A DNA stretch of 63,980 nt, counting the filler, from Hyphochytrium catenoides (lineage: Eukaryota; Protista; Hyphochytriomycota): NCBI GenBank assembly GCA_900088475.1. It is 15 parts of 15 records of this genome, joined end to end, with 100 filler letters (N's around TTAATTAATTAA, not from the genome) between each part and the next. Parts side by side here need not be neighbours in the genome. Positions count along the whole stretch, not along the records: positions 1 to 21,173 come from FLMG01001449.1; 14 more parts are not named here. The stretch is one strand, 5' to 3'. Below are positions 1 to 12,031 of this stretch, piece by piece. Under the pieces are notes generated by a model that saw only the letters and a list, made by a program, of their open reading frames with translations, did no database searches and was not told the DNA's origin. Numbering within the stretch: position 1 is the first letter of the stretch; the number at the start of each line of letters is the position of its first letter. A program made the translations under genes and the position numbers.

Positions 1-1200
1 TGAAGCCTGATAGTTACACTTGCTCTGAGGTGCTGAAGGCATACATGAAGGTTGGAAAGCTTGAGGAGGCAGAGATGTTCCTGCGTGAGGGCATGCCGTC
101 ACTAGGAGTGAACCCAACTGATATCCACTTCAATCAACTCCTGGGAGGCTACGGCTCTAGGGGTAACTGGCAGACAATGGAGGAGATTCTGTACAAGCGC
201 ATGCCTGAGGCTGGCGTGAGGCCCAATGAGATCAGCTGCTCTGAGGCGCTGAAGGCGTACATCAAGGCTGGAGAGCTGACAAGGGCAGAGGTGTTCCTGC
301 GTGAGAGGATACCATCGCTAGGAGTTGAGCTAACTGATATCCACGTCAATCTGCTCCTTGGAGGCTATGGGTCTCTGGGTAACTGGCAGGCAACGGAGGA
401 GATCCTGTACAAGCGCATGCCTGAGGCTGGCGTGAAGCCTGATGAGATCAGCTGCNNNNNNNNNNNNNNNNNNNNNNNNNNNNNNNNNNNNNNNNNNNNN
501 NNNNNNNNNNNNTAACTGGCGGGCAATGGAGGAGATCCTGTACAAGCGCATGCCTGAGGCTGGCGTGAAGCCTCGTAAGGTCAGCTGCTCTGCGTTGCTG
601 AACGCGTACATCAAGGCTGGAGAGCTCGAGAGGGCAGAGATGTTCCTGCGCGAGGGCATGGTGTGGCTAGGAGTGAAGCCAACTGGTACCCACTTCAACC
701 TGCTTCTGAGTTGCTATAGTTCTCTGGGTAACTGGCAGGCGATGGAAGAGATCCTGTACAAACGCATGCCTAAGTTTGATGGGAAGTCTAGTGAGATCAG
801 CTGCTCTGCGTTGCTGAAGGCATACATTAAGGCTGGAGAGCTTGAGAAGGCAAAGCTCTTCCTGTGCGAGGAAATGACGTCGCGAGGAGTGCAGCCAACT
901 GACATCCATTTTAACCTGCTCTTGAGAGGCTATGGCTCTTCGGATAACTGGCAAGCAATGGAAGAAATCCTGTACAAGCGCATGCCTGAAGCTGGCGTGA
1001 AGCCGAACGAGATCAGCTGCTCTGAAGTGCTGAAGGCGTACATCAAGGCGGGGGAACGCGAGAGGGCAGAGGTTCTTCTTCGTGAAAGAGTTCCGTCACT
1101 AGGAGTGAAGCCTTCTGAGATTCACTTCAACCTGCTCCTGGAAGACGATGGGTTTCTGGGTAATTGGCAGGACGTAGAGGAAATGCTGTACAAGTGCTGA
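1..1200 (+). CDS. Pentatricopeptide-repeat (PPR-like) protein, 5' partial; alternating 36-aa A/B repeats; interrupted by the N gap 456-512
   Basis: Repeats such as EISCSEALKAYIKAGELTRAEVFLRERIPSLGVELT and DIHFNQLLGGYGSRGNWQTMEEILYKRMPEAGVRPN fit the PPR helix-turn-helix consensus ending GVKP(D/N). DNA period is 216 bp (G(G/A)TAA(C/T)TGGCA at about 161/377 and 726/942/1158). Stop TGA at 1198-1200. Confidence 0.9.
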
Positions 1201-1710
1201 GCCGTGAAGAGCAGTTGGCTCTAGGCCTTTGAAGGCGCCATCAAGGCTGGGGAGCTTGAAAGGACAAGTCTTTTCAGCGTGAGCCGTTTTCTGACTGGAT
1301 TGGAACCCGTGACGGGAAGGGAGAGGGCGGGCCATGGAAGCAAGCCACCTCCAGTTGTGGGCTTGGCTCGACGATTTGCTGAGTATATAGCCGGTGATAT
1401 CCCTTGGCGCCAATGAGAGCGTCCTGTACATTCAGATGCCTGAGCCTGGAGTGGAGCCTACTAGGCACACCTGCTCGGAGGTGTTTCTGTGTGGGGACTT
1501 TCTGTCGCTGGGAGCGGAGGCTCTTGTTGGTCACTTCATTTTGCTTCTGAGAGGCTATGGCTCTATGGGTAACTGGCAGGGATAGAAGAGATTCTGTCCA
1601 AGCGCATGCCAGAGGGTGGGATGAAAGCCGATGAGATTAGCTGCTCTGCGTTGCTGAAGGCATACAACAGGGCCTGGGAGCTCGAGAGCGCAGAGTGGTT
1701 CTGCGGCAGC
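1201..1710 (+). pseudogene. Decayed continuation of the PPR repeat array
   Basis: Frameshifted or stop-containing copies of the same units, e.g. HFILLLRGYGSMGNWQG* at about 1530-1585 and AAGCCGATGAGATTAGCTGCTCTGCGTTGCTGAAGGCATAC at about 1625-1665. Confidence 0.8.
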
Positions 1711-3275
1711 GTTTTTCACCTGCTGGGTTGTGGTCCTCGACTGATGAGAGATATAAGGACGGCGATGAGTTGATATGAAAGTCAAGAGCTGGAAACTCTC
1801 CAGGTCAGCTTGGGAGCTCAAGAAGCTGGGAGAAGTCCTTAAGATAGCTCCGCCTGTCCTTGGTAGTCACTAGATGCAGCGGACGACCGTCTCTCTTCCA
1901 TATTGGTGGTGGGGCTGAGAGCATGAATGTACGGAGACCTATCAGGCTTAGACAAACGTTTCCATCATCGCGAGTGCGGAAGGTATTCATAGATCTAACG
2001 AGAGCTTGTGCGAGGGCGATGCAGTGCCAATATCGATACTCTCTACCTCGCCTCTGTACAGTCACCACGTCAGTTCTTCGCGCAATGGCGGCAGGTGATG
2101 ACCACTGAAGAGTGCAGAGTATCAGGTAGCGGCACACAGTCCTTCTGCACTTGCTGGGACCATGCCCCGTTAGTCTAACGCTGTGAGAAGGCGATGGCAG
2201 TGCTATTATTGTCTCACTTATGCTTATAATAGACGGATTCTCAAGGGTACCGGACGATCCATCTACCATTTCCTGTCTATGGAGCTTGGAGAAGAGATAG
2301 CATTCACTAGACGCTTCTCTCGTAGAGCTAGCGCTAACCTCAATTGCTGATTAGAGTTTCGTCATTCGTTATGGGCCTGTCTTCTTATCGGAGAGCTTAT
2401 TTGGCTAATGTTCTGCCCCTTCGTTTACCTTCCTAACACTGAGCATCGACCGTCCAGTGCAGCAGGGACGAGCGCTGTCGTCCTCATGGGACGGTGATAG
2501 ATCTAGCAGGAGCAGCAATAAGGCGGCCATGATCATTAGCGAGCGCCTGTACCAAGAGAGAGAAAGGATGCTGTCAAGAGATGAAGAGGAAGGTGAAAGA
2601 CAGGCCACGAGGCTTTCAAGAGCGCAGACTTGTTTCTCAATCTGGGCCTGTCACCCCATCAGCCAACTCTGTTATGAGGCCATTCTTCTTGTCTGCCGCT
2701 GCACTTCCGAAGCAATGATCACGGTTATTCTCTCCTGCAGGCGACCGTGGCTGGCAGCGGCCCATGGTTGCGGCTCAAGAGCTTGAAGGCAGCGGACCTC
2801 TGGGGAGCCGAGAGATATCCTGCCAAGAGTAGCACGATGCTGGAGAGAGAGATGTTAGACGAGAGAACCGATAGTGTGCCGACCGTCTGCGTGTCTGCTG
2901 AGTAACAGCGGCGCAGGTCAATGGCTACGAGTTCTGACGCTGGGAGCCTTCATTGACTACGACCTTTGCAGCAATCGTCAGCGTGCTTTCCCTGACGGAA
3001 TGCTCGTGAGCTCTCGGCGATGGGTTCCTCACTGCTAAACGTGAATGGGGCCTGAGGGAGAGAAAAGAAAGAGAGAGAGAGAGACAGAGAGAGAGGGAGG
3101 AGAGAGAGACGGCGTCAAAGGAAAGCAGCATCTTATCGTTAAATTAGTGGGGAAAGCGTCTCCAGTGTCAGTCTCGCTCTACGGGGCAGCCGCGGCTCAT
3201 CCCCAAGCGGCGCTTGATGTCTTTTCCTTTCAGAACAACTTNNNNNNNNNNNNNNNNNNNNTCTCTCTCTTTTCT

Positions 3276-3316
<41 letters not shown>

Positions 3317-3689
3317 ACTCTCTCTCTTCATTTGGGTCGTACCCGACAAATGACGTGCCACCTTTCTCTCTCTTCCCTTGTGTTTGGCAAATGACTTCAT
3401 AACCCTCTCAGAAATTAGAGGAGGAGAGAGACATTTCCTCATCCGCTGAGGCTCAGCCATCATTACTTCCTTGTGTCTTCCACGTGCCGCGTTGTGGGAG
3501 TTGTTGTGGGCGTGGGGAGAGGGAGCTTGATGATGATGTCCAATCGCATCTTTTGGGGGAGGATCACAAGTCTCTCCTCTCTCTCTCTCTCCCTCTCTTT
3601 CTCCTATCTTGCGCTCTTCACTCCTCTCTCTTTTCTCTCTCTCTCTCTGTCTCGTTTGCTACTGTATTCTCCTCTTTCTCTCATGTCTC

Positions 3690-3726
<37 letters not shown>

Positions 3727-4748
3727 TTTGTCACTCTCTCTCTGTCACTCTCTCTCCTTTTCATGAGGCCAATCTCCAGCATAACACTGCCAAAAATATT
3801 TCTTATTCCGAAGATGATAACTTATTATTTCGAATCAGTATGGGTTGACAGCTGATCCATCCGACTCACACAGTGCGAATTCAACACCCACCCGCAACTC
3901 GTGTAATAGAACTCCACATTATCATAATGGCGATTGGGATCCTGTCGGTCCACCTCCAGGGGTTTTCAGGGTAGCTGATCAGAACCTCTGAACTCATTGA
4001 CGACCTCTNNNNNNNNNNNNNNNNNNNNNNNNNNNNNNNNNNNNNNNNNNNNNNNNNNNNNNNNNNNNNNNNNNNNNNNNNNNNNNNNNNNNNNNNNNNN
4101 NNNNNNNNNNNNACGAGTCTCTTCGGCTTGCTATCAATCATCTGTCTTTCTCTATCTGCACACCGACTCTCACAGAGTTGACCGCCAGGGGCCGTCTTCC
4201 CTATTTTCCTCCCTCATCAAAGCAATTATCACCTACAATCTCCCACTGTCCAGACTCTAGGCGTGTCTCTTCTCCATTTTTTAACCTCGCTCGTGGCTCT
4301 CTCCCTCTCTCTCGTGGATTCGCTTTCGTCAGCTTCCTTGTCCCTTTCTCTCAGTAGGTTAAGAACGAAGTCTCTCTCTCCGATTTCTCTCCTTTCAACC
4401 ACAAGCTTGTGGTCCTCTCTCTTCCACTCTCTCCCCCCGCGTCCTGTCCTACAGCAGGAACAGGGCCTTAAGTTCTTAGAGTGAACTTTGAAAAGTTATC
4501 GGAGGGAGAAAGAGAGAGACTGACGGAAAGAAGAGGAAAGAAGAGGGGCTGCCTAGCAGGAAGAGACGCAGGGGCGCCCGAGAAGGAGGGAAGAGTGCAT
4601 TTATGGCGGGGAGAGACTTCTGGAGGGCGAATCATTGGCGCCTCTGACGCCAAACAGGATTGGATTAGGGAGAAAGAGAGAGAGAGAGAGAGAGAGCATT
4701 GTAGAAGCTTCGAGCTTCCTCCCTCGCTGTTCTTCCCTCGATTAAAAG

Positions 4749-7700
4749 ATGGGACGAGGGAGACGAACCCGGGCATTCATCTCTTCCTCTCTCTCGCTCT
4801 TGCTCCTTCCCTCTGTCCTTCTCAAATGCTGCGATTGCCTGAGCGTTGCAAGCAGCGTGAGATGGGTGGCGAAAGGAGAGAAGAGAGACACTCAAGAAGC
4901 GGAAAGAGAAGGACCTTTGTCCTTGGTAGCGGAGGGGCTCACCTGGTCCTCTCTGGATCATCTCTGCCACTATCGCTGTTCATCTGGAGCCTCTTCTTCC
5001 TATCTTTCCTACTGCCAGGAGCACTGTGAGCTGGTGGGAGGCGGGAAGAGCGAGGAGAGAGAGAAAGAAAGTCAAAGGAGACTTGTTGGGGATGGAGAGA
5101 GAGAGACGGAGTGGTTCTTCTGCTCTTGCAACGGGCAGAAGCTCACACTGAAGACTGAGGCCGAGCATCCTTTTAAGGAACTGGTAGAGGCGCTGGAGAC
5201 ATATAGAGGAGTAGAGCTGAAGGAGATAGAAGAGAGAGAAGCGGAAGAAAGCCGTGGAGAGAAAGGAGAAGAGGAGAGAAGCCGAAAGGGATGCGTCTTC
5301 CCTACGTCAGGCATCTCTCTTCCCAATCAGGAGAAAGAAGAGACAATCCGTGTGTATCTTCTTAGGCTTTTGCCAGGTCAATCAGTGGACGGCGTCGAAG
5401 AGATCTTGCGGTCTCTCTCTTCTTCGCCACCTTTCCTTCGCTATGTTCCTAACTCCGAGTCAGTGTACGTCGTCTCACTGACGGAGAAGGAGAGAGACTC
5501 TTTAAGGCGATCAAAGAGCGTCCTTTCTCTCTTCGTTCTCCCTCCTTTCTATAGAATCAGTTCTTCTCTTCTCTCTGCTCTGAAGGACGCTGACGCTGCC
5601 TCTCTCCCGTCTATAAACGTTTATCTCGACAAACGAGCTGGCGTCCCTGCCTCTGTCTTTGCAGAAGCGGCCAACACTTACTTCGAGTCCACGCTGGGAA
5701 TCAAGGTTCTATTCTCTCTCTCTTCTTCAAAACGTCTCTCTTTCCGCCCTCTGGAGAACGCAGCGTACCTGCTTCGCATTTTGCAAGATCTAGCAGCTAC
5801 GAGAGGCGTTGATCTAATAGAGACAGCGCCCACTTGGCATCTCTTCAGGGACCGAGAGACGCTGTTCTTTCCCACTATCCGGTCAGGAGAGAGAGCAGAG
5901 AGACAGAGTTGGCGGCGGCGGTTAGATGTAGACTCTAACGCTCTTCTGGGCCTGCCAGAGGCTCACAAGATGGGCTTAGACGGCAGCGGCGTAGTGGCAA
6001 CCTGCTCCGACAGTGGCGTCTATATGTACCACGACCAGTTCCTCCAGCAGGACATTCCGTATAGGAAAGTAGACAAGACTCAGAGAAAAGTCATCCTCTA
6101 TCTCCCTCAGAAGAAAGGGAACGAGTATGACTCTTCAGACGCAGCGAACGACACATGTGGACACGGAACTCACGTCTGTGCAGCGCTGGCTGGTGCTAGC
6201 GCCTCTGGACAGCCCAATCTAGGTGCGGCACCAGGGGCCAAGGTGGCCGTGTACGACATAGGGGGAGACAAGACCGCAGAGAGACAGAGCGTCCCTATCG
6301 AACCTCCACAGAGCGTGTCAGAGACCTTTGGCCCGTTCAACGAGACAGGGAGCAGGGTCTTCTCGTTCTCGTGGGGCTCAGAAGTGAATCCTGAGTACGA
6401 TCTTGCAGCGAACAACTTTGACCGCTTTCTCTATGAGAACCCGGACTTCATTGTCTTCTTTGCTATTGGGAACTTTGGCGGGAGGAGTGCAGCCAACAAG
6501 AACTGCGCTGGAGGTCAGATTGCCTCTCCTGCCCATGCGAAGAACGTTATAAGCGTAGGGGCAAGCGTGAACGTCTTCCCTGAGGGCTCCTGTGAGGCCT
6601 ACCATCCCTCTGCTGTGGCTCACTTCTCCTCTGTAGGGCCAGCGCCTGGAGGGAGACGAAAGCCTGACATTCTCTGTCCAGGCCACCATGTCACTTCAGC
6701 CATGTCTCTCTCTCGCGAGAGCTTCGAGAAAAAAGAGACAACGAGCTCAACGTGCGTTCTCTCTGGAACGTCCCAGGCGTGTCCAACCTGTGCAGGTGCA
6801 GGGGTGCTTATCTATCAATGGCTCACAGAGGGAAGATGGAAGAGCGGTGCGCCTGATAATAGCTTGGCTATCGCGCGTCCTCTCTCTTCGCTTGTCAAAG
6901 CTCTACTTATCTTCTCTGGACAGGCCTTGTCTGTTGTTCTCCCAGACCCAGCCAGCTTCAAAGAGACGCCCACTTGTGCCGACCTTAAGACTCACACACG
7001 GCCCACCGTTCTTGGGGACAATTTCCAAGGCTTTGGCTTAGTAAATCTTCCTTCTGTCCTTGGCCTAGGGACCAATGGATTGCCCTTCGTCATGACCCCA
7101 GATAACGCCATAACGGAGAGCTTGAAAACGGGAGAGAAGAAAACATACTCTCTCTCTTGGAAAGGCTTAGGGAAGAAAGAGAAGAGCTACTACTTTCGCG
7201 CCGTCCTCTCGTGGACAGACCCAGCTCCAGCAGCTCAAGATCTGACAGGGAGCAAGTGCAATCCTATGATTGTCAATGACTTAGACTTGTCTGTCTTTGT
7301 CAGCTATAGTAATGGGACCACAGCTACCTACCTCCCGTTCAATGTCAAAGGAGAGAGAGCGATAGACAGAGGCATAAACAATGTAGAGGTGGTGCAGATC
7401 CCGCCTCCTGAGTCAGGGGTGACGGCGCAGTTCACTATCACGGTCTCCGCTTTCAACGTCAATGGCACAGGTGGGCAGGTCTTCTCCCTTGTGGCAGGAG
7501 GGCTGGAGAGTGTCTCCGTGCCGGTAGGAGACAGCGACAAGGACTCTATTTCTTCCACGTCCGCAGAGTGGATAATCTATGTAGCAGTTGCTGGCTCTGT
7601 CTGCATGCTTGCAATAGCTATCGTCCTTACCTGTTGCAGTAGAAAGAGGAGTAGGGCACGCAAGCAGCTTGCAGCTGTCTCTCTTCCTTCTTCCTCCCCT

Positions 7701-8345
7701 CGACCCTTCTCTTCTCTGGCCACTCCTCACTCTGGGCAAAGTAGAAACAGTGCAGGAGTGCCACGGACGCCTGCTGGCCTTATGGGGGCCTCTCTTCAAC
7801 CCTCTCCGTACGTGGGAGCAGATCATATCCCCACCTTCTCTCCCTCTCCTGCTGTAGACCAAAGCAGGAGGTCGAGTCGGAACCAACCGAGAGACAGTGC
7901 TCGAAGGCAAAGGAATGGACAAGCAGAAATAGAAAAGAGACTACCAAGCGACCCCTCGTCAAGAGGTACCTCTCCTGCAGTAGAGAGGCAAAGCAAGGGG
8001 CTTGCAGTCTCTCCTGCCTCTACAGGGCCGCCCAGACCATCTCCTGCTCGCTCTCCTCCGGCAAGTTCTCCTTCTTCATCTTCACGTGGTTCCTCACCTA
8101 GAAACAAGCCGATGGCCCATCCTGTTGCTGCCCCGCAACTCTCTCCAACATCCCTAACCGGGCCAAGCATACACACTCTTCCTCATCATCATTCGAAAGG
8201 AGAGGAAGGGAGGTTGAGAGACGAAAAGGAGAATGCACCAGCTATGAAGAGTGATGCAGAGAACCGCTACCTGCGGGCTATGTCTTCTCTTTCGGAGCCG
8301 TCTTTCGTCGTTGGGGGAAGAAGCGGGAGCACCGTGGAGCTCTAG
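4749..8345 (+). CDS. Membrane-anchored subtilisin-like serine protease (S8, KP-43/TagC-like), single exon, 1198 aa
   Basis: N-terminal hydrophobic signal; catalytic motifs SDSG (Asp), GHGTHV (His), AIGN (oxyanion Asn), KPDILCPG and SGTSQACP (Ser); C-terminal beta domain (LSWTDP...VNDLDL...NNVEVV); TM helix WIIYVAVAGSVCMLAIAIVLTCC; Ser/Pro-rich tail. Confidence 0.92.
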   Translation: MGRGRRTRAFISSSLSLLLLPSVLLKCCDCLSVASSVRWVAKGEKRDTQEAEREGPLSLVAEGLTWSSLDHLCHYRCSSGASSSYLSYCQEHCELVGGGKSEEREKESQRRLVGDGERETEWFFCSCNGQKLTLKTEAEHPFKELVEALETYRGVELKEIEEREAEESRGEKGEEERSRKGCVFPTSGISLPNQEKEETIRVYLLRLLPGQSVDGVEEILRSLSSSPPFLRYVPNSESVYVVSLTEKERDSLRRSKSVLSLFVLPPFYRISSSLLSALKDADAASLPSINVYLDKRAGVPASVFAEAANTYFESTLGIKVLFSLSSSKRLSFRPLENAAYLLRILQDLAATRGVDLIETAPTWHLFRDRETLFFPTIRSGERAERQSWRRRLDVDSNALLGLPEAHKMGLDGSGVVATCSDSGVYMYHDQFLQQDIPYRKVDKTQRKVILYLPQKKGNEYDSSDAANDTCGHGTHVCAALAGASASGQPNLGAAPGAKVAVYDIGGDKTAERQSVPIEPPQSVSETFGPFNETGSRVFSFSWGSEVNPEYDLAANNFDRFLYENPDFIVFFAIGNFGGRSAANKNCAGGQIASPAHAKNVISVGASVNVFPEGSCEAYHPSAVAHFSSVGPAPGGRRKPDILCPGHHVTSAMSLSRESFEKKETTSSTCVLSGTSQACPTCAGAGVLIYQWLTEGRWKSGAPDNSLAIARPLSSLVKALLIFSGQALSVVLPDPASFKETPTCADLKTHTRPTVLGDNFQGFGLVNLPSVLGLGTNGLPFVMTPDNAITESLKTGEKKTYSLSWKGLGKKEKSYYFRAVLSWTDPAPAAQDLTGSKCNPMIVNDLDLSVFVSYSNGTTATYLPFNVKGERAIDRGINNVEVVQIPPPESGVTAQFTITVSAFNVNGTGGQVFSLVAGGLESVSVPVGDSDKDSISSTSAEWIIYVAVAGSVCMLAIAIVLTCCSRKRSRARKQLAAVSLPSSSPRPFSSLATPHSGQSRNSAGVPRTPAGLMGASLQPSPYVGADHIPTFSPSPAVDQSRRSSRNQPRDSARRQRNGQAEIEKRLPSDPSSRGTSPAVERQSKGLAVSPASTGPPRPSPARSPPASSPSSSSRGSSPRNKPMAHPVAAPQLSPTSLTGPSIHTLPHHHSKGEEGRLRDEKENAPAMKSDAENRYLRAMSSLSEPSFVVGGRSGSTVEL

Positions 8346-8746
8346 AATCAAGCTTCANNNNNNNNNNNNNNNNNNNNNNNNNNNNNNNNNNNNNNNNNNN
8401 NNNNNAGCGTTGTTCATTAGGTAGCTTTATAAAAATAAGATTGATTGTCATTTGAATAGAAGGCAGTCACAAAGCTCGCTACTTCTTAATAGTTGAACCA
8501 GAGCCAAGACAGCTAAGCGCAATGTGACTGATACGACAGGAGAACGTAGAACTAGAGGGGAAGAGAGACGCGCAAGAAGAAATAGATGGCCTCGCGAGAG
8601 AAAAGAAGAGAATAGAGCTTCTAGTGGTCTTGAGTCGAGAGAGAAGGAGATGTCTGATAAGAAGTGGAGGCAACGAGGTACAGAAGGCAAAGAGCCAACA
8701 GGGAAGAGAGAGAGACACGAGAGGGAAGAAATGCACTGATGTCAGG

Positions 8747-9716
8747 TCATTTCTCGGTAAGCACCGTGAGGATAGACGGCAGGACTTCTATCTTGAAAGG
8801 CCCCGGCCCAGAGAGGACCTCACCGTCAATATTGCAGACGTCTTTCGACTCTTCCGGCAGAAAAACCGCTGCTGAGCACTTCAGATAGTCAATTTGACGA
8901 GCTTCTTCGGGCTGTGAAGGTGAAGGTTAAAAGTAGTGACAGCGATGAGGATAAGAAGGAAACAGGAGCGCATACAGAGCGTGGAGGTGCTGGTTCTGAG
9001 CGAGTAGTTGGCACTATGGGAGTAACCGCACACAAGATATAGAGACAAGGAAGAGTGTGAGTGACAAAGAGTGAGTGACAGAGAGAGAGAGACGGTCCGG
9101 GGGAGCAGAGAGCGAGAAGAAACCAGAGATAGCGAAGGGAGAGGTTGGATGGGGAGAGAAGAGGGGGATAGAGAGGGGAAAACGAAGAGAGAGAGAGAGA
9201 GAGAGAAGGTGAAGACAGGCAGAGAGAATACAGCCTATGCTTCACAGCAATGCAGGAGTGAGTGATGTTCTCACTCAAGGTCAATCATGAAGGTGCTACG
9301 AGGGCGGAGCGCGAGAATTATATCAAAATAAAGAGGGCCAATAGCAGTGCTCCTTCTCTGCTCACCTTTCCCCTTATCACGCTCCATAGGAGCTGAACAA
9401 AATCAGCCACGCTTCCTCGTCTCACAACTACGAGGTCGAGGCATCCGTCGGAAGGGTTGAGATAGATCGCGTTATTGACAGTTTTGAAGGCCGCTACCGC
9501 GTAATAATCGCCTTCTTGCTCTCTCCATTGTGAAGAATGGAAGTGTGACTCGTCGGCAGGATGGAGCAGTGTTGCTGGAAGGACAAGAAGAGTTAAGAGA
9601 CAAGGGAGAGAACACTACGGCTTGGAAGTGAGGACAGAAGGAGCGCGAAGTGTCCTGAGACCTAAGGGAACTGTTTGAAGGTTAGAGAAAGACGGAAAGA
9701 CAGAGAGGGCTATAAC

Positions 9717-9761
<45 letters not shown>

Positions 9762-11965
9762 AGACGACAAGCAGAGCTAACATACAGCTATCGCCCTCCC
9801 ACCCATGGTCGGGCGGAGCGTCATAGATGCTGAGCGCTTCTGCAATAAACTGGTCCTCAGCTACGGACGGCTCGTTGTAAATAATATCGTAGGGACGCAG
9901 AGCTGGCTGAGGATCCAGTGGGACGTAGCGAATTGTTCCCCGGTGACGCTTGGGCCGGAAGATCACCCGCTAAAGAGCCATGAGTTGAAGAAGGGGTAAG
10001 ATGACAGAGAGGGAGATACGACGGAGAGAGAGCAAACATCTGCGTGAGGAATAGACAGAATAACCTCGGGGAATAGAGCCTAGAAGGCCGAGATAGAGAA
10101 CAATTGAATAGTTCTCCGGAGAGAGGAGAGCGCAGGATAGCGGCCCCTTCCAGAGACAAAGAAGGGCAAAGTTGCCAAGAAGGAGGGACTTCGAGCAAGA
10201 AGGTTGTCGGGGATCCCAAGAAGTGAAGTTCATGTCCAACCTTGACTCCCAGATAAGCATATCGGTAAACGCCCATGTAGCGGTACTCCTCACTCTCTGC
10301 GGCTACATCTCCGGGCACTCCCCAGATGACCCCACAAAGGCTAAAGCGAACCTAGTGCAGGGTAACGGGCGAAACAGACGAAGTGAGAGAGAGAGAGAGA
10401 GTAAGATACGGCAACATGGTGGCAAAAGACCGAAGGATGGGTAAAAGTGAGTGTAGGAGACAAAGAGAAAGGGACGGAGAGAGAGAGAGAGAAAGGGAGT
10501 AGATACGGCAACATAGTATCACACAGCGAGAGTGATTAGAGGAACGCAAGAGAGCACCAAACCGGAGAGTGTGAAAGGCTCAGATAATATAACCGTGGAG
10601 GGGAAGAGAGAGAAAGGCAAAAGAGAGTGACAGTCCCGCACCTCTCCAGGATTGTGCATACTCGTCGCACAGAGAATATCAATCGGCCTAATCTTCCTCG
10701 TCACAGCAGAGAAGACTGCAGCCTCTAGGGTGGGCACTCCTAGCGCCTGGGCGAAGCCGTTTTGAGTACCTCCGCACACCAATGTCAGCGCTGTGCGGCC
10801 CACAATGCGGCGCCACTGGTCCTCTGGCCGAGAAAGAAGACCGTTGATGAACTGATTGACCGTACCGTCCCCACTGATGAAGACAATAGACTCGTAGCAC
10901 GAGGAGAGAGAGAAGGTCTTTCCCATGTCTATTGCGTGCGACGGGTACTCTGTGACCCACTGCATACCGTTCGTAAGAGGCAGGAGAGGAAGAGAGGGAA
11001 AGAGAGGAACGGAACACAGGTAGTTGAGTGACAACCAGTGCAAAGAGCGCCAAAGGAGAGACTCTTACTTTATCCACGGTTATATTTGCCAACGTGAGCA
11101 GAGGAAGGACTTTGTCCCTGTAGAGAGTCTCTGCATGTTGCTTCCCAGACCGCGGATTGACAATGCAAAGAATCTTCCTCTCCGCCTCTCTCGGCACCCT
11201 CGCTCTCCATTTCACCAGCCAATTGATATGTTCCAACCAGCTCTCGCTCTCCTCCTGCCTCCGAGTCTGTTGGAATGGGAAAGAGTGTGAGTCGGAGAGC
11301 GGGGAGAGAGAGAAAGAAAGGGGAGAGATAGAAAAAAGGGAGAGAGAGAGAGAATAGAGAGAGAGAGCGGAAAAGAGAGAGAGAGACAAAGAGATACGAA
11401 GCAGAAATGCTGATGAGGTCAACCGCAGCGGCAACTAAAGAGCGGAAGGACCAAATGACTTAAAAGTCAGAGCAGGCTACTGTAGGAGAAGCAAGAAAGG
11501 CTAAGAAAGAGAAAAGAAGAAAAGAGAAATGGAGAGAAGCGAAGAGAGGCTATCGCCGATAGGAAAGACGCAGAAGGAAGAGTAAGAATGGATGCTTGAC
11601 CTGCAAAAGAAGTACTTTGTGCTTTCGAAGTGTCCTCCTGCTTCCTTCTTTTCGTCGTCGCTGCGTGAAGATATGCAGCTTTATCTGTCCAACTTTCTCT
11701 CCCTTCTCCGCAGCAAAGATGTCTCCTGCCGGCACTTCTCGCACGACCTTTTCTTTCTTCCCAGCACAGAAAGAAAGAGAGTGCTCCGACAGTCTTGCCG
11801 TCACCTTTCTCCATCTGACGACTGAGAACAGTTCTATTTCACCTTCTTTCGGATCAAAAGGTATGAAGGCGAGGTTGCGGGCATGGGCAAGGCGGATGGT
11901 ATCGCGGACAGTGGCGGAGGCTTCAGGCTGTCCGAGGAAAGGAGATGAGAGGGACAGGGAGAGAC

Positions 11966-12031
<66 letters not shown>

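Noticed and set aside
1750-4450. Possible multi-exon minus-strand gene (a CTAAC...CAG acceptor near 2840-2858; ORF 1805-2269)
   Set aside because: I could not build a phase-consistent model or recognise a domain, and gaps interrupt the region.
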